A DNA stretch of 64,000 bases from Eledone cirrhosa. Its lineage: Eukaryota. The position numbers and the translations under genes are program-made. Each line of letters opens with the position of its first letter. The stretch's first letter is position 1. The notes below the pieces were generated by a model that ran no database searches, was not told the origin of the DNA, and saw nothing but the letters and a program-made list of their open reading frames with translations. The stretch covers positions 21,762,001 to 21,826,000 of the forward strand of contig OZ024746.1 in the NCBI GenBank assembly GCA_964016885.1, read 5' to 3'. Below, piece by piece: positions 50,746-63,352 of the stretch.

Positions 50746-51489
50746 TCCAGTGTATCAAGGATACACTTATCCAATGTGTTCTTCCTTTCATTTTCTTGGG
50801 GGTGGGGGTTTAATATTTGGGTATTGTTTGAGAGAGGTTGGGCTGTCATGTTTAGATGATCATGTGACCATGTAGTCTCCCTTGTTCGTGATGTGACCAT
50901 ATAGTTTCCCTTCGTTGTTATGTCTAGCAGATCATATGACCACGTAGTCTCCCTGGGTTGTCAGGTGACCACAGTCCGCTTTGGTTGCCATGTCTAGTAG
51001 ATCATGTAACCACATAGTCTCTCTTGGTTGTCATTTCTAGCAGATCATGTGACCACATTGTCTCACTATGTTATGTGACCACATAGTCTCCTATAAGCTA
51101 GAGTAGTACCATTGTGGTGTTTAAGTGCCAACAGTGTTTCTCTGTATTGGTTTTATGTTGTCTAAATCTTTTGTTTTAAGATGGAAGTGTGTGATGTATC
51201 ATCACCATCGGTTAATGTCTGTTTTCCTGCTAGCATGGATTGGATGGGTCATCACAGACCAAGTCAGTACTTAACCAGTGCATCGGCACCAGCACTAGAG
51301 AGGTTGTCATATCTTTGGCATAACTGAAAAGTCCTCTTGACTCTTTTTGGTGGGGAAGTTATCTTTTTTTTACTGCGGGAGACCCTTCATAATGTCATCC
51401 ACCTTACAGAGTGTATTGGCTGCATTTTTTTATAGCACCAGCACTAAAGAGTATAAATGCGTCAGTTTGTGTTCATATTTTATACTAGT

Positions 51490-51690
51490 ATGTGAGTCTT
51501 CTCCAGTACAGTATGTTGCCAATCCTCACTGTTATGAGGTTCTGTTTTCTCAAGTCTGACTTCACTACCTCATCCCATGCCTTCCTAGGCCTGCCACTTC
51601 CATAAGGAACCCCATCCTCTGAGATTTTTCTGCTCATCTTTATACAGCTGTCATTTTCTATACACATCACATGTCCATACGAACACTTCT
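51490..51690 (-). mobile_element. RTE LINE 3' ORF fragment
   Basis: YGHVMCIENDSCIKMSRKISEDGVPYGSGRPRKAWDEVVKSDLR (ORF 51485..51703). Confidence 0.75.
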
Positions 51691-52574
51691 CTCTTTCTCT
51701 CACTCTCTCTCATGTGTATAAATATATAAATGTATATATACACACATCATCATATCCTTTACTTTAGTTTTATAAATGCTGAAGAGCTGTAAAGGTATCT
51801 TGACTCATTTGTTTTATGCCATGGATACTTTAATATTTAAGTTAACTTTTCAATTCTGAATTTGGTTGATGTACTTTTTTTTTATTTGTTAAAAAAAAAT
51901 CTCTCAAATTTTGAATACTCTTGCATCCATTTCATGCACACACTCTCATCATAAATTGCTTCTAGTGCTGTTCTTGTCCAAAACCTCGTCAATATCATTA
52001 ATTGCTTTGACATTGCATTACTTGTTTGTGTAGTCTCTCTCTCACATTTTCATAAAACTGGAAAAAAAACCAAAAAACAAAAAAAAATCTATTTCCATGT
52101 ATTGCATAAAATTCTCATGTTTCATAATTCTGTAAAAACTCTTGTTGTGTTCATCATACATTAGATACCATACTCAGTGTATTCTCCTTCGTCTCAACTT
52201 TTGCTATATTTGAGCTGTTTGATGTATTAACTCTGGGCAATCTGAATTGTTTGATTGCTGCTTATATTCTTCTTGTGATTCATCAAATCATGCTTTATTG
52301 AATGCCATTGTTTTACTTATTATTATACTACCATGATCAAGTGTGGCCCAATTGTTCGACTTTGACCACATAGGACAACATTGCTATAATGTCTGTACCC
52401 TATTACTCAACCTATTGTTTGTTTTTCTTTTTCTTTTGATAAGCAATTGTTAATTATTCTCTTTCTGATGATTGTTCTTGCTCTGTCTGACCATCATTGA
52501 TGTTTTAACATTTATATTGAAATGTCTGATTGAATATTTCTTTTATTGTAGCTGCATTTTTTTTCATCAGTAAT

Positions 52575-52920
52575 TGCATGCTCTGTGATTATTGCCTGCT
52601 CTAACAGTGTTTCTGGCAATATTACCTGCTCTGTTGGTATTGCTCCATTAATGTTTCTGGCAATATTGCTTGCTCCGTTAATGTTTCTGGCAATATTGCT
52701 TGCTCCGTTAATGTTTCTGGCAATATTGCCTGCTCTGTTAATGTTTCTGGCAATATTGCCTGCTCTGTTAATGTTTCTGGCAATATTGCCTGCTCTGTTA
52801 ATGTTTCTGGCAATATTGCCTGCTCTGTTAATGTTTCTGGCAATATTGCCTGCTCTGTTAATGTTTCTGGCAATATTGCTTGCTCCGTTAATGTTTCTGG
52901 CAATATTGCCTGCTCTGTTG
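52575..52920. repeat. 30-bp minisatellite, ~11 copies
   Basis: ATGTTTCTGGCAATATTGCYTGCTCYGTTA; source of ORFs 52512, 52585 and 52622. Confidence 0.95.
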
Positions 52921-53149
52921 TGATTAATAACATTGTCTCCTCTATTCATGGGGTTGGCAAGATTGCTTGCTTCGTTGATATTTGATTACTGTTTTAGTGA
53001 CAGATAGAAGATTGTCTACCATCTTTAACTGTTTGACCAAATGATGCCTGGTTTGACAATGTCATGTGTCCTGATGGTGTGTTAAAATAATATTTGATGT
53101 ATTGTTATTTCTGTCCAAATAGTTTTTGTATCACTGCTGACCAAACAGT

Positions 53150-54030
53150 GTCTGTTGTGTTGCTGTGTCTGACCGATGTCTATTGCATTACTGTGTCTGA
53201 CCAACTAATGTCTGTTGTATCACTGCGTCTGACCAACTGTCTGTTGCATCACTGCGTCTGACCAACTAATATCTGTTGTATCACTGCGTCTGACCAACTA
53301 ATGTCTGTTGTATCACTGCGTCTGACCAACCAATAGCTGTTGTATCACTGCGTCTGACCAACTAATGTCTGTTGTATCACTGCGTCTGACCAACCAATAT
53401 CTGTTGTATCACTGCGTCTGACCAACTAATGTCTGTTGTATCACTGCGTCTGACCAACTAATGTCTGTTGTATCACTGCGTCTGACCAACTAATGTCTGT
53501 TGTATCACCGCGTCTGACCAACTGTCTGTTGTATCACTGCGTCTGACCAATTGTCTGTTGCATCACTGCGTCTGACCAACTGTCTGTTGCATCACTGCGT
53601 CTGACCAACCAATATCTGTTGTATCACTGCGTCTGACCAACTAATGTCTGTTGTATCACTGCATCTGACCAACCAATAGCTGTTGTATCACTGCGTCTGA
53701 CCAACCAATATCTGTTGTATCACTGCGTCTGACCAACCAATATCTGTTGTATCACTGCATCTGACCAACTGTCTGTTGCATCACTGCGTCTGACCAACTA
53801 ATGTCTGTTGTATCACTGCGTCTGACCAACTAATGTCTGTTGTATCACTGCGTCTGACCAACCAATATCTGTTGTATCACTGCGTCTGACCAACCAATAT
53901 CTGTTGTATCACTGCATCTGACCAACTGTCTGTTGCATCACTGCGTCTGACCAACCAATATCTGTTGTATCACTGTCTGACCAACCAATATCTGTTGTAT
54001 CACTGCGTCTGACCAACCAATATCTGTTGT
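53150..54030. repeat. 32/29-bp minisatellite, ~28 copies
   Basis: CTGTTGTATCACTGCGTCTGACCAACTAATGT with 3-bp-deleted variants. Confidence 0.95.
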
Positions 54031-54189
54031 GTTGGTTAGTCCAGTTAGTTGTCATCTGTGTCCCCTCATTGAATGACTATTTGATGTATCTCACAAGTTA
54101 TCAGTTGTTCTGTCATAAAATATACATTTGAGGAAAAACCAAACCACACCAAATCAAACCTTTCTCCCAACATTATTACTTCCCTCTCC

Positions 54190-54376
54190 AATGGCGGTGG
54201 ATTGGCAGTATCGGTAGAGGGTCGGACGTCGTGCTTTGACGCTTAGTTACAGCCCTTGCCATTCTGAGTTCAAATCCCGCCGAGGTTAACTTTGCCTTTC
54301 ATCCTTACGGGGTCGATAAAATAAAGTACCAGTAATGCACTGGGTAATTGCTGGCCTTGTGCCAAAAGTAGAAACA
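54190..54376 (+). mobile_element. Full-length tRNA-derived SINE with Meta-like domain and 18-bp TSD; many more copies or fragments (e.g. 26300-26520, 34415-34640 minus, 36354-36552, 44520-44755, 47365-47537, 49211-49435)
   Basis: A-box-like TGGCAGTATCGG, B box GAGTTCAAATCC, then GCCTTTCATCCTTACGGGGTCGATAAAATAAAGTACCAG; ATTATTACTTCCCTCTCC at 54172-54189 and 54377-54394. Confidence 0.88.
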
Positions 54377-54882
54377 ATTATTACTTCCCTCTCCTTACTG
54401 ACACTCCAAAACATTATCAAGACATATTAAATCACTTATGCTACTGCATAATGTCTTAAATCATTTCTCACCTGAAAAATATACATACACACATACAAAC
54501 ATATAGATGTTCTGCACTAAGTTTGTTTCATTATACTATTTTCATTCTATATAAACTACATGCAAATGTGTGTGTGTGTGTCAATCTCTCTCTCTCTCTC
54601 TTTATATGTGTGTCTAATCAATGCAGGATTAGCACATAAAACTTGTTATAAAATACCTACGTACTATAATACCACCATAATAACGTTCCATTCATCAATA
54701 TAATTTTTTCATTATTTTCAATTCATATTTTCCTAATATATATATAGATACTTATTATATATTTTATTTGCATTCTCATATACATCTCTTTAAATTATAT
54801 CGTATGAATTATGAATTGTGTACATTATGTATATATATGTTATGTTTCATTTTATTATATCTTTTGTTTTTTTTTATATATA

Positions 54883-55059
54883 CAGTGAAATTCCATTATA
54901 ATGAAATTTACGGGGTATAAAAACAAATTTGTTGTAACGAAAAATTCTGTATAATGAGATTGACCGAAACACATCAAGCGTGTGGTCAGGGATTGAAAAA
55001 AATTCTGTTATACTGAAAAATTTGTTATAATGGTATTCGTTATAATGGAATTTTACCTG
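54883..55059. mobile_element. Tigger/pogo-like MITE (TA TSD)
   Basis: TA|CAGTGAAATTCCATTATAATGAA ... TTCGTTATAATGGAATTTTACCTG|TA. Confidence 0.75.
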
Positions 55060-55207
55060 TATTTCTTTTATATATTTTGTTCATTTATTTGCACATTGTA
55101 ATTTTTTTTTAATTTAATTGTTCATTATATGTATGAGCATGAATATATATGTATGATGCATTTACAAATAAGCACGTATGTATATGTGTGTATATGTGTT
55201 AGTATAT

Positions 55208-55325
55208 ATATATTCTTTATTATGGCTAAGTGGTGAATCTTGTTACTCTAGAGATTTATCTGTACACTCACTGTGTGAAACTCCAGAGTAACAAGACTCA
55301 CTACTTAGCCATAATATAGAATATT
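55208..55325. repeat. ~50-bp-arm inverted repeat of the pseudo-LTR-like family also seen at 25825-25930
   Basis: ATTATGGCTAAGTGGTGAATCTTGTTACTCTAGAG versus CTCCAGAGTAACAAGACTCACTACTTAGCCATAAT. Confidence 0.8.
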
Positions 55326-56164
55326 TAAACTCTACTTCTGTATTGAATACTCATTCTCATGCCCATCAATATTTCGTATTATATAAGAAGCAAAGAAAAT
55401 TTCAGTGATACGAAAGATTTCCTGGTGGAAGTTCAGGTATACTCTGGGTTGGTATCCAGTTTCGGGGTGAAAATCCAATTTGTAAATCCAATGAATTAGA
55501 GAGGTCCATCATCATCTTAAACATCACATGTTCCTTCTTCCATGTTGGTATGGGATGGGTGGGTATTTGGAGGTTGTTTTTTCCATCTGTAAATCAAAAG
55601 TAATTCTAACAAGCTTCAACACTTTCTAAAAAAATACCTGTAAACATACAAAATCTTCAAGCACATCCAAATAGCTGCAGTTCGTGATAAGGGAGTGCCT
55701 GTCTCTGCTTACAGTGATCTGGTCAAAGTGAGGCATAGACAGCACAAGAAGAAACTGAATAGTCAGAGAATGCCTGTCTCTGTTTATAGTGGCCTGGTCT
55801 CCTGGCCAAATTGAGGCTTAGACAGCACAGGGAGATGCTGTGTGGTATGAGAGGACCTCACTGTTTACAGTGACCTGGTCATAGCAAAACAGACTGCATA
55901 AGCAGATACTGAGTGGTATGAGAAGACCTGGCTCTGTTTACAGTGATCTAGTCATAGCAAAACTTAGACAGTTCAGGAAGATGCTGAGTAGTATGAGAGG
56001 AGTTGGCTTGTTTTTTATTTACTTAAATTTATTTTTATTTCATACACATTTAATGTAGAATTGAAATAAAGGTTTCTCAGCTCCCATCATTTAGAAAAAT
56101 GGTAACATTTGCTGTTTAAATTTCTCACACTTGGGCAAACTTTCATTTGTATATCAAATGAAAT

Positions 56165-56208
<44 letters not shown>

Positions 56209-57196
56209 CCTCTCTCTCGTTTATTTTTGATTTATTGTATTTTATTTGTTTTGCCTTCTTTTAGGTATTAATATAAACTATTGATTTATTTCAGGCTACT
56301 GGACTTTTATTTAAGACTGAAATTTATTGTTTGTTAACCAAAGATTGATTAAAAAAATATTGTATGCAACATTACATATTCAGTGAAGTTTTAGGGCTGG
56401 ACAAACTAAATTGTAGCCCACAGGCCACAATTGGCCAACCTCTGATTTGGAGGATACACAAAATTGTAAATTCACTCAGTTTGACTAAAAGAACTTTTAC
56501 CATTCGATCACAAAACCATTGCTTCTAAAAGTTTTATCATTTCATAGTTCATTCTTTGATATTAATGATATAATGAAGGCCTGAAAGTCATTGTTTTCCC
56601 ACAATTCCTTTTGATTTAAGCACAATGGTGATGAGCTTTTCAGTTTGGCAGTATGCAGTTATGACAGGTTTATGATTGAGAAGAATTGTATGCAGTTATG
56701 ACACAGTGATCTAGAAGGACTATATGACACAAGTATATGATCTAGAAGAATTATATGTGGTTATGACACAGGTATATGATCCAGAAGGACTATAACATCC
56801 AGCCATAAAAACCATGTCAAAGAAGGAATGTATGAGCAAGATGAAGTCTCTCTAACCTAACTAATCTTGGACTTTGATAACTCATCCAACCCATACCAGC
56901 ATGGAAGGTGGGCATGTAATGATGATGATGTCAGAGCTACCATTGTGTTGCAACATTTATAAACAAATATCTTAATACTTCCTTCCTGTTGACAGAAAAA
57001 AAAACTGGTTCAACTTCACTGGCTTCAAGTGTTGTTTGATTATCATCATTTGATCTTCCCCTAGAGAGAAATAGAGCTCCCCACCTTCTATAAAAAATGT
57101 GGATTTTTCATGTATCTTGTGTAAAAATTGATCTTTGTTCTACATAGACAACAGATGAACATTTGTAGCTATTATCCCAACTATAAATGTTATGAC

Positions 57197-57539
57197 ATCA
57201 TCATCATTTCATTTCATTTTACGTCCGCTTTTCCCTGCTTGCAAGGGTGGGACGGGAACTGATTCTGGCATGATTTCTACAGCTGGATGCCCTTCCTAAC
57301 ACCAACCTCATTTACAGTGAGTGCTGGGTGCTTTTTGCCGTGGCACCTCCACGACCACTTTGCAGTGGAATGATAGGGACCCCAGTCCCTATCATCTCAT
57401 TTCTACAGCTGAGTAAACTGGAGCAATGTGAAATAAAGTCTCTTGCTCAAGGAAACAACACATCACCCGGTCTGAGAATTGAACTCACAACCTTTCGATT
57501 GCAAGGCCAATGCTCTAACTACTAAGCCATGTGCCTCCA
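57197..57539 (-). mobile_element. tRNA-derived CORE-like SINE, full length
   Basis: Minus-strand head TGGAGGCACATGGCTTAGTAGTTAGAGC..GAGTTCAATTC; near-identical to the 32003 copy. Confidence 0.85.
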
Positions 57540-57786
57540 TGGAAATATATTTCACTAGGCTGTGTACTCCAGTGGAAATAGTTATAAGAGCTATGTTGCC
57601 TCATTTATCTGTTTTAATAGTATGAAGGATTGGTACAAATAAGGGCAACTGGGCATGGAACATAGCCTAAGAAATATGAAGGATAACCCCTGCTATAACA
57701 GGGAAAATGGCCTCCAAATACTTGTGTATGTATATTTATATGTGTGCCCACACATTTACATATACTTATATCTTATATGCACACAG

Positions 57787-57842
<56 letters not shown>

Positions 57843-58032
57843 GCATCCATCTCACTATTTCTTTCATACATATTTGAATATATATATTCCTTCATTCCTG
57901 TTTTCTTTCTTTGTTTTTGCTGTTTTGGTAAAAACATTCTCATAGATAAAAATAAAGTACTCTATACTTCATGGTATACAGTCTATATATTTTGCTATAT
58001 AATAATCTATATAATTTGCTATCCATTTCTAG

Positions 58033-58118
58033 AACTTCCAATGGGGGAATGTTTCAGTTTTTGTCTCAATACAATTCTCAGTGATGTGGCCTATCGTGAT
58101 GCTGAGCTCAGGGAGCAG
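58033..58118 (+). CDS. PI4KA: PI4KA coding exon 4
   Basis: ttctAG and GTAAGT, 86 nt, phase 1 to 0. Encodes LPMGECFSFCLNTILSDVAYRDAELREQ (conserved FSFCL..LSDVAYRD). Confidence 0.93.
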
Positions 58119-59254
58119 GTAAGTTCATTCTGCTTTGAGAAACGTTATGTTCAACTGTTGCCCAACCTTCAGCATTTTAAACTTAAGATTACCTTTACTT
58201 GTATATATCTTTAACTTCCAATATAGGTGGTCTAAAAACAAATACAGTCATAGCTTCACTGTCTCAAAGCAATTAATTACCATATATACTCAAATATAAG
58301 GTGAGGAATATGTGACCAAAAATCAATGGTAAAATGAGGGTGGGGTCAGTTTATATATGCAATCTAAACAATGTGTTGATTAGCTGTCACCCAGTTTAAC
58401 GCCACTCAGTTTAACACCATCACATAGCCCTTGGGTGGTAGACTTAATCCATCATCCAGTTTAACACCATCACCTGGCCCTTGGGTTGTAGATTAAATCT
58501 GTCTCCCAGTTTAACACCACCATCTGGCCATTAGTTACTTTTAAATCAGAATCTACTCCGTTGCAAGTATGTCAAGCTGGTTTCTTCCTTCAAACTTGAT
58601 GTGAGGACCCTGAAAAAACTCATTTGCACTTCCTTTCCTTTTAACCAAGCAATAGAAGAAAAAAAACACTTAAGGAAGCATCAATTATACAATGATCCCT
58701 CTACTCTATGTATTTTGTTGTTACAGCTAACACAGGTTTAACTGGCCTTCTAGCGGGTTCAATTTCGTAGGAGGTTTCTTGGATGTTTTAATGATAGAGG
58801 TCCCAGTTCTATCATACTCTGTGCCTATATTTTTTTTTTTTTACAGCTTGGATGTGGTTGAAAATGAATTATCTTTTTCATTGTTGGATAAACATTCTCT
58901 GAATTTATCTGTTGGTTTTAAGTTGTTGAAAGATGTTGAGAAGAAGGTTGGGGAATCAGTGAATTAATTCCTTCATAACCAGCCTGGCCAAAACTGGCTT
59001 TCATTCTTTGAAGTAAAATCACCCATTTTAAAAGGTTCTTATTCAAATTAAAATCTTCCAACATAATCTTATATAAGAACCATGTCTTAAGTTACCATCT
59101 TAGTAATGAAATAATGATTTTAGTAAATTCCTCAAAATTCTTCATTAATTAATTGAAATAGTATATATTTCATTAGGAAAATATTTAAACAAGGATGAAG
59201 ATGTTGAGAATTTTTTTTATAGATGTTTGTCATGATTGTGTTATGTCTTTGTAG

Positions 59255-59327
59255 ATTTTGTCAGCACAGTTGGACACAATGGTTGTTCTCACTACACTTT
59301 GCCAAGGGACACATGACATACCTAAAG
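59255..59327 (+). CDS. PI4KA: PI4KA coding exon 5
   Basis: ttgtAG and GTAATT, 73 nt, phase 0 to 1. Encodes ILSAQLDTMVVLTTLCQGTHDIPK(E). Confidence 0.85.
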
Positions 59328-59686
59328 GTAATTAACTGTATGTGTGTGTATATATATATAATGTGCTAGCATGGAAAATAGATGTTAAACAATGATGATG
59401 ATATATATATATATATATATATTTGATATCAAATTTATATACATATATATTATATATCTTACCCACATGAATTCGTTTATCTTATTGATTAATGTATGTG
59501 TGCACTGAGTAATAGGTTTGTATTTCTAATACAAACCTAATTAAACTATCAAGTGAGTAAAGAAATGGCTGATAGTTTTGCAAACCTAGAGTTCTGTGTC
59601 CTCCGTTTCTATTTTTATTTCTTTAATAAACAATTTTTTAAGGTTCTCCTCAAAGAATGGTTTTCTGTTTTGCCTTGTTTTTGAGA

Positions 59687-59890
59687 TGCTGAGCTGCTAA
59701 AAGCATCAGAAGTAGGAGTTGAACTAGTTACCTGTATAGTAAATCAGGTAATACAGGACGGAGCCATACCCAATGACTGGTGCAGCAATACAATCATAAA
59801 TTGCTACAAGGGCAAAGGTGATGCTCTATAAAGGAACAACTACAGAGGCATAAAACTAATGGATCAAGTTATGAACATGACAGAAAAAGT
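59687..59890 (+). mobile_element. RTE LINE reverse-transcriptase fragment (pseudogenised)
   Basis: AELLKASEVGVELVTCIVNQVIQDGAIPNDWCSNTIINCYKGKGDAL*RNNYRGIKLMDQVM. Confidence 0.85.
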
Positions 59891-60145
59891 TAATAAGATA
59901 TTTTAAACATTTGAATGAACAAACCACATTAACAAGATATTCTTGAAAAGTACAAAACAGTACTATGACTACGTCAGATTAAAGTCTTTAGCTTACTGCA
60001 AATGTTCTCAACAATTTGTTCACTAGAAAAGATACTATAAACATTTTAATTAACAAACCTTTTTTAGATACTTTTAATAAATCATTAGAGGATGTTAATA
60101 GTTAACATACTTATATAATCATGGTTTTCTTTTTCCTCTTTTCAG

Positions 60146-60618
60146 AAACCTTGTGTATATCTATTGTACCTGCTCTCATTGGAATGGCTCGTGCCATTGG
60201 TCGTTCATCTGACGATGACGTACCACTCATACAGCTGCTGTTCCCTTTACCAAGTTCCTGTGTTGTGGAAGAGGTTTCATCTCATCATAAATCCCCTCCC
60301 AAGAAACCGTTCACTAAATTCCGATCAATATTCCCACGAACATTATCTTCCCACGTCATCACACCAGAAAGTCCCACTAGTCCAACACCTGGCATCAATG
60401 ATGGTCCCATTGATTTCAGACGAGAGCGATCTCCCTCCCCGATGGCACCAACACAACATAAAGGAGTTCCCAACGAGGATGTAATTGATCCTACAATTCG
60501 TTATTTTAATAAAGTCGGCTCAAGTTTCACACGAACCAAGCCATGGGGTTTTGAAATTATTCCAGAAGAAGATCACTTGAAGTTTTCTAGTTCTCAACTT
60601 CAGACACTTGTTAGTGTG
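60146..60618 (+). CDS. PI4KA: PI4KA coding exon 6
   Basis: ttttcAG and GTAAGT, 473 nt, phase 1 to 0, inside ORF 60121..60723. Encodes TLCISIVPALIGMARAIGRS...FRSIFPR...LQTLVSV. Confidence 0.93.
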
Positions 60619-61251
60619 GTAAGTAAATTTAGAATAGTTTTTAGAATTTTTAAATGTTTGTTTGTTTTTTGGGGGGTGGGGGCAGAAACCATCAGTATGC
60701 AGATAATTATAAATAATAGTTAAATAAGTCAGGTAAAGTAACTATAGAGATAGGAAGATAGGAACATAACTACCTGTTCATTGCAGTAGTTAATTCTTGG
60801 CTGCTACTGCTGCAATTGATACTAGTTCTTTTTTCCCAGCCAAGTGGACTGAAGCAACATGAGATGATGTTTCTTATTGAAGGATGCAATGTGCTGCCCA
60901 GTCAAGGAATCAAACCCACACCCTTATGAGCCTTCACTTTTGTCAACTACCCAGTCCAGGAATCAAACCCACATAATCAAACCTTTCATCAATTGCCATG
61001 TTTAAGAAGAATCACAGATCTTTCTCTATGGTCCTTGCTCTTTCCCTCCTTTTATTCTCATTTATAGCATTTATAGTCCTTTACTTTCCTATACAGCCAG
61101 ATCTGCCCTTCTTTACCCATTCTCCCTTAGTTTTGTTACTTAATTTTGTTCCATCAATGTGTAACTTTTGTTTGTAAAATCTAGTTGACATACAATTATT
61201 GAATTTAATAAATCTTATTCCAATCAATTTGTTCTGTTTTATTTGTTACAG

Positions 61252-61317
61252 GCAAAACGCTTACTGAGTAAAGATATTCTGAAAAATTTAGATAACATGG
61301 CTTCTGAAGTATATACA
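61252..61317 (+). CDS. PI4KA: PI4KA coding exon 7
   Basis: ttacAG and GTAAGT, 66 nt, phase 0 to 0. Encodes AKRLLSKDILKNLDNMASEVYT. Confidence 0.88.
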
Positions 61318-62570
61318 GTAAGTTGATGTTTTTTGGGGTTTTTTTTTTGTGATATAAGTTAATTCTTTTATGTCAGGTCAGGTTTCTGCCTGCGACTGGT
61401 ACCATATAACCCAGTACAATCTGTTTCATGGTCGAGTGGTCAGCAACTAACCTGGCTCCCCCACCAGATTCTGGTCTGATGAGGAGAGTAAGTGGAATCC
61501 CAGCAGCACAAAATAAAAAATTGTTAAAAGGGTATATGAACTCCTCAGAATCAACAGCCATCCACCCCAACTATCAGTTAAATAGCCTCACCAACCAGCA
61601 ATTGGCCAGGTATGGTGAGTACAGCTATACCCTTGGCATGACCAAAACCAAACAGAAAATGGTGGAGGTCAGCCAGGGAGGGATTCCTCCAACAGGAGTG
61701 AAAAGACCCTGGATTGGATTGGTTAATTCTTTAAGTATTTTTGGACCATATTTTTAATGAAATATACTGAGTGTATATCTCAATTAACTTTGAAATTAAT
61801 CAAATTGAGGGGATTTAGTAAAATTATTAACTTTGACATTATTAAGCTGGAAGGTTTTAATTTAAATGTGAACAATTTATACTGTAAGATGTATTCTGGA
61901 ACTAAGAGGCATTCTCATGTGGGATAGTAAAAAAAAGGGTTAAAGTATTTTAGGCTTTTTGTTTTACTACAGTGTATCTGTTTTATTATATCATGCATTA
62001 AAAAAAACATTTAAATTTTATTGCTGGTGACACAAAATATGCACCCAGTAAACTCTGTTAAGTGGTTGGTGATAGGAAAAGCATCCAATTGTAGTAACCA
62101 TATCCCCAAAAGGGTGATAGATTCTTCAGCTGTGTCAAGGGTACAACAACCTCTCTAGTGTTGGTGCCATTATAAAATGCACACAGTACACACTGTAAGG
62201 TGTTTAGTGATAGGAAGAGCATCCAGTTGTAGAAAACTTGTCATACAAAAGGTAGAGTAGACTCTTCAGTTGTATCAAAGGTGTGACAACCTCTCTAGTG
62301 TTGGTGTCATAATAAAATACACCCAGCTGAGTATGCTGCTGTCAGTAGCGTATACAGCTTGATAGAGGAGTATACAGCTTGATAGTGGAGTATATATCTT
62401 GCCAGCGGAGTATATATCTTGCCAGTGGAGTATATACATTGTCAATAGAGTATATAGCTTGTCAGTGGAGTAACTTCTTCTAATCCAAGAATAGAACCTT
62501 ACAAACCTTATGTGATTTGTTACATATTTAAGCTCTTGTGTTTATAATGTCTGTTTAATTCTGTTTTCAG

Positions 62571-62667
62571 TATGGTCATCTGCAGCGATTTCCATACAAG
62601 TCTTTCAGTGAGACAGTCACCTTGGTAGTAGTTACTTTGCTCAGAGATGTCTTGGAACAAGAAAAAG
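62571..62667 (+). CDS. PI4KA: PI4KA coding exon 8
   Basis: ttttcAG and GTCTGT, 97 nt, phase 0 to 1. Encodes YGHLQRFPYKSFSETVTLVVVTLLRDVLEQEK(D). Confidence 0.9.
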
Positions 62668-62859
62668 GTCTGTTTTTCTTTTGTTTTTTTAAAGAATTTT
62701 CTGTTGGTTCTACAAAATATAATACAAACTTAACTATTGTTTTTCATGCCAATGGCATCTTTGAGGAATAGATTCTCATAACATATTCTAATTTTATATG
62801 TAAAATTAATCTACTATGTTATCCATTTATATAGTGTTTCTCTCGTTAATACTTCCATT

Positions 62860-63090
62860 AATCTGTCCACTAGTAGAAATACTATAAACATTTGAATTAA
62901 CAAATCACATGAAACCACATTAGCAAGACATTCTTGAGAAGTACAAATCAGAACTATGACTGAATCACACAAAAGATTAAAGTCTTTACTCTAATACGAC
63001 AAAATATCACAACAATATGTCCACTAGTAAAGATATTAACATTTGAATTAACAAACCATTTTTAGATATTTTCTTCCTAATTATATATTA
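62860..63090. repeat. Dispersed AT-rich repeat family, locally tandem (also ~19960-20200, 59900-60090; opposite strand 38380-38570, 46085-46285)
   Basis: Shared CCACTAGTA..ATACTATAAACATTTGAATTAACAAACC..ATTAGCAAGACATTCTTG blocks. Confidence 0.7.
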
Positions 63091-63154
63091 CAGAATCTTA
63101 AGAGTTAAGTAATGACATAAATTTGTTGAAAATGTTTTGTTTTCCTCTCTGCAG

Positions 63155-63352
63155 ATCTGCCGGCATCATTTATGAAAGAAGTGCAAGATTTTGTAAAATC
63201 TTTGTATTTATCTGGACAAACTGAGCTACTAACGAAAAATCAACGAACTGCTGCAGACTTACGTCAGTTGCACTTTGATCCTTATGAACTGATGGTCTGT
63301 AGCAATGCAGCCTGTGTAGATTTACTGTTCTGGGCAGTCAGAGATGATTCTG
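63155..63352 (+). CDS. PI4KA: PI4KA coding exon 9; gene continues past the window
   Basis: ctgcAG and GTAAGT, 198 nt, phase 1 to 1. Encodes LPASFMKEVQDFVKSLY...SNAACVDLLFWAVRDDS(G), matching the PI4KA DLP.SF.KE..DFV and NAACVDL..WAV.D motifs. Confidence 0.94.

Noticed and set aside
57460-57539. Functional tRNA genes in SINE heads
   Set aside because: They have A/B boxes but no complete cloverleaf, and each continues into SINE body and tail.
61476-61505. CTGATGA-GGA..TCC as a hammerhead
   Set aside because: No GAAA follows the putative stem II, and the homologous copy at ~42950 reads GTGATGA.
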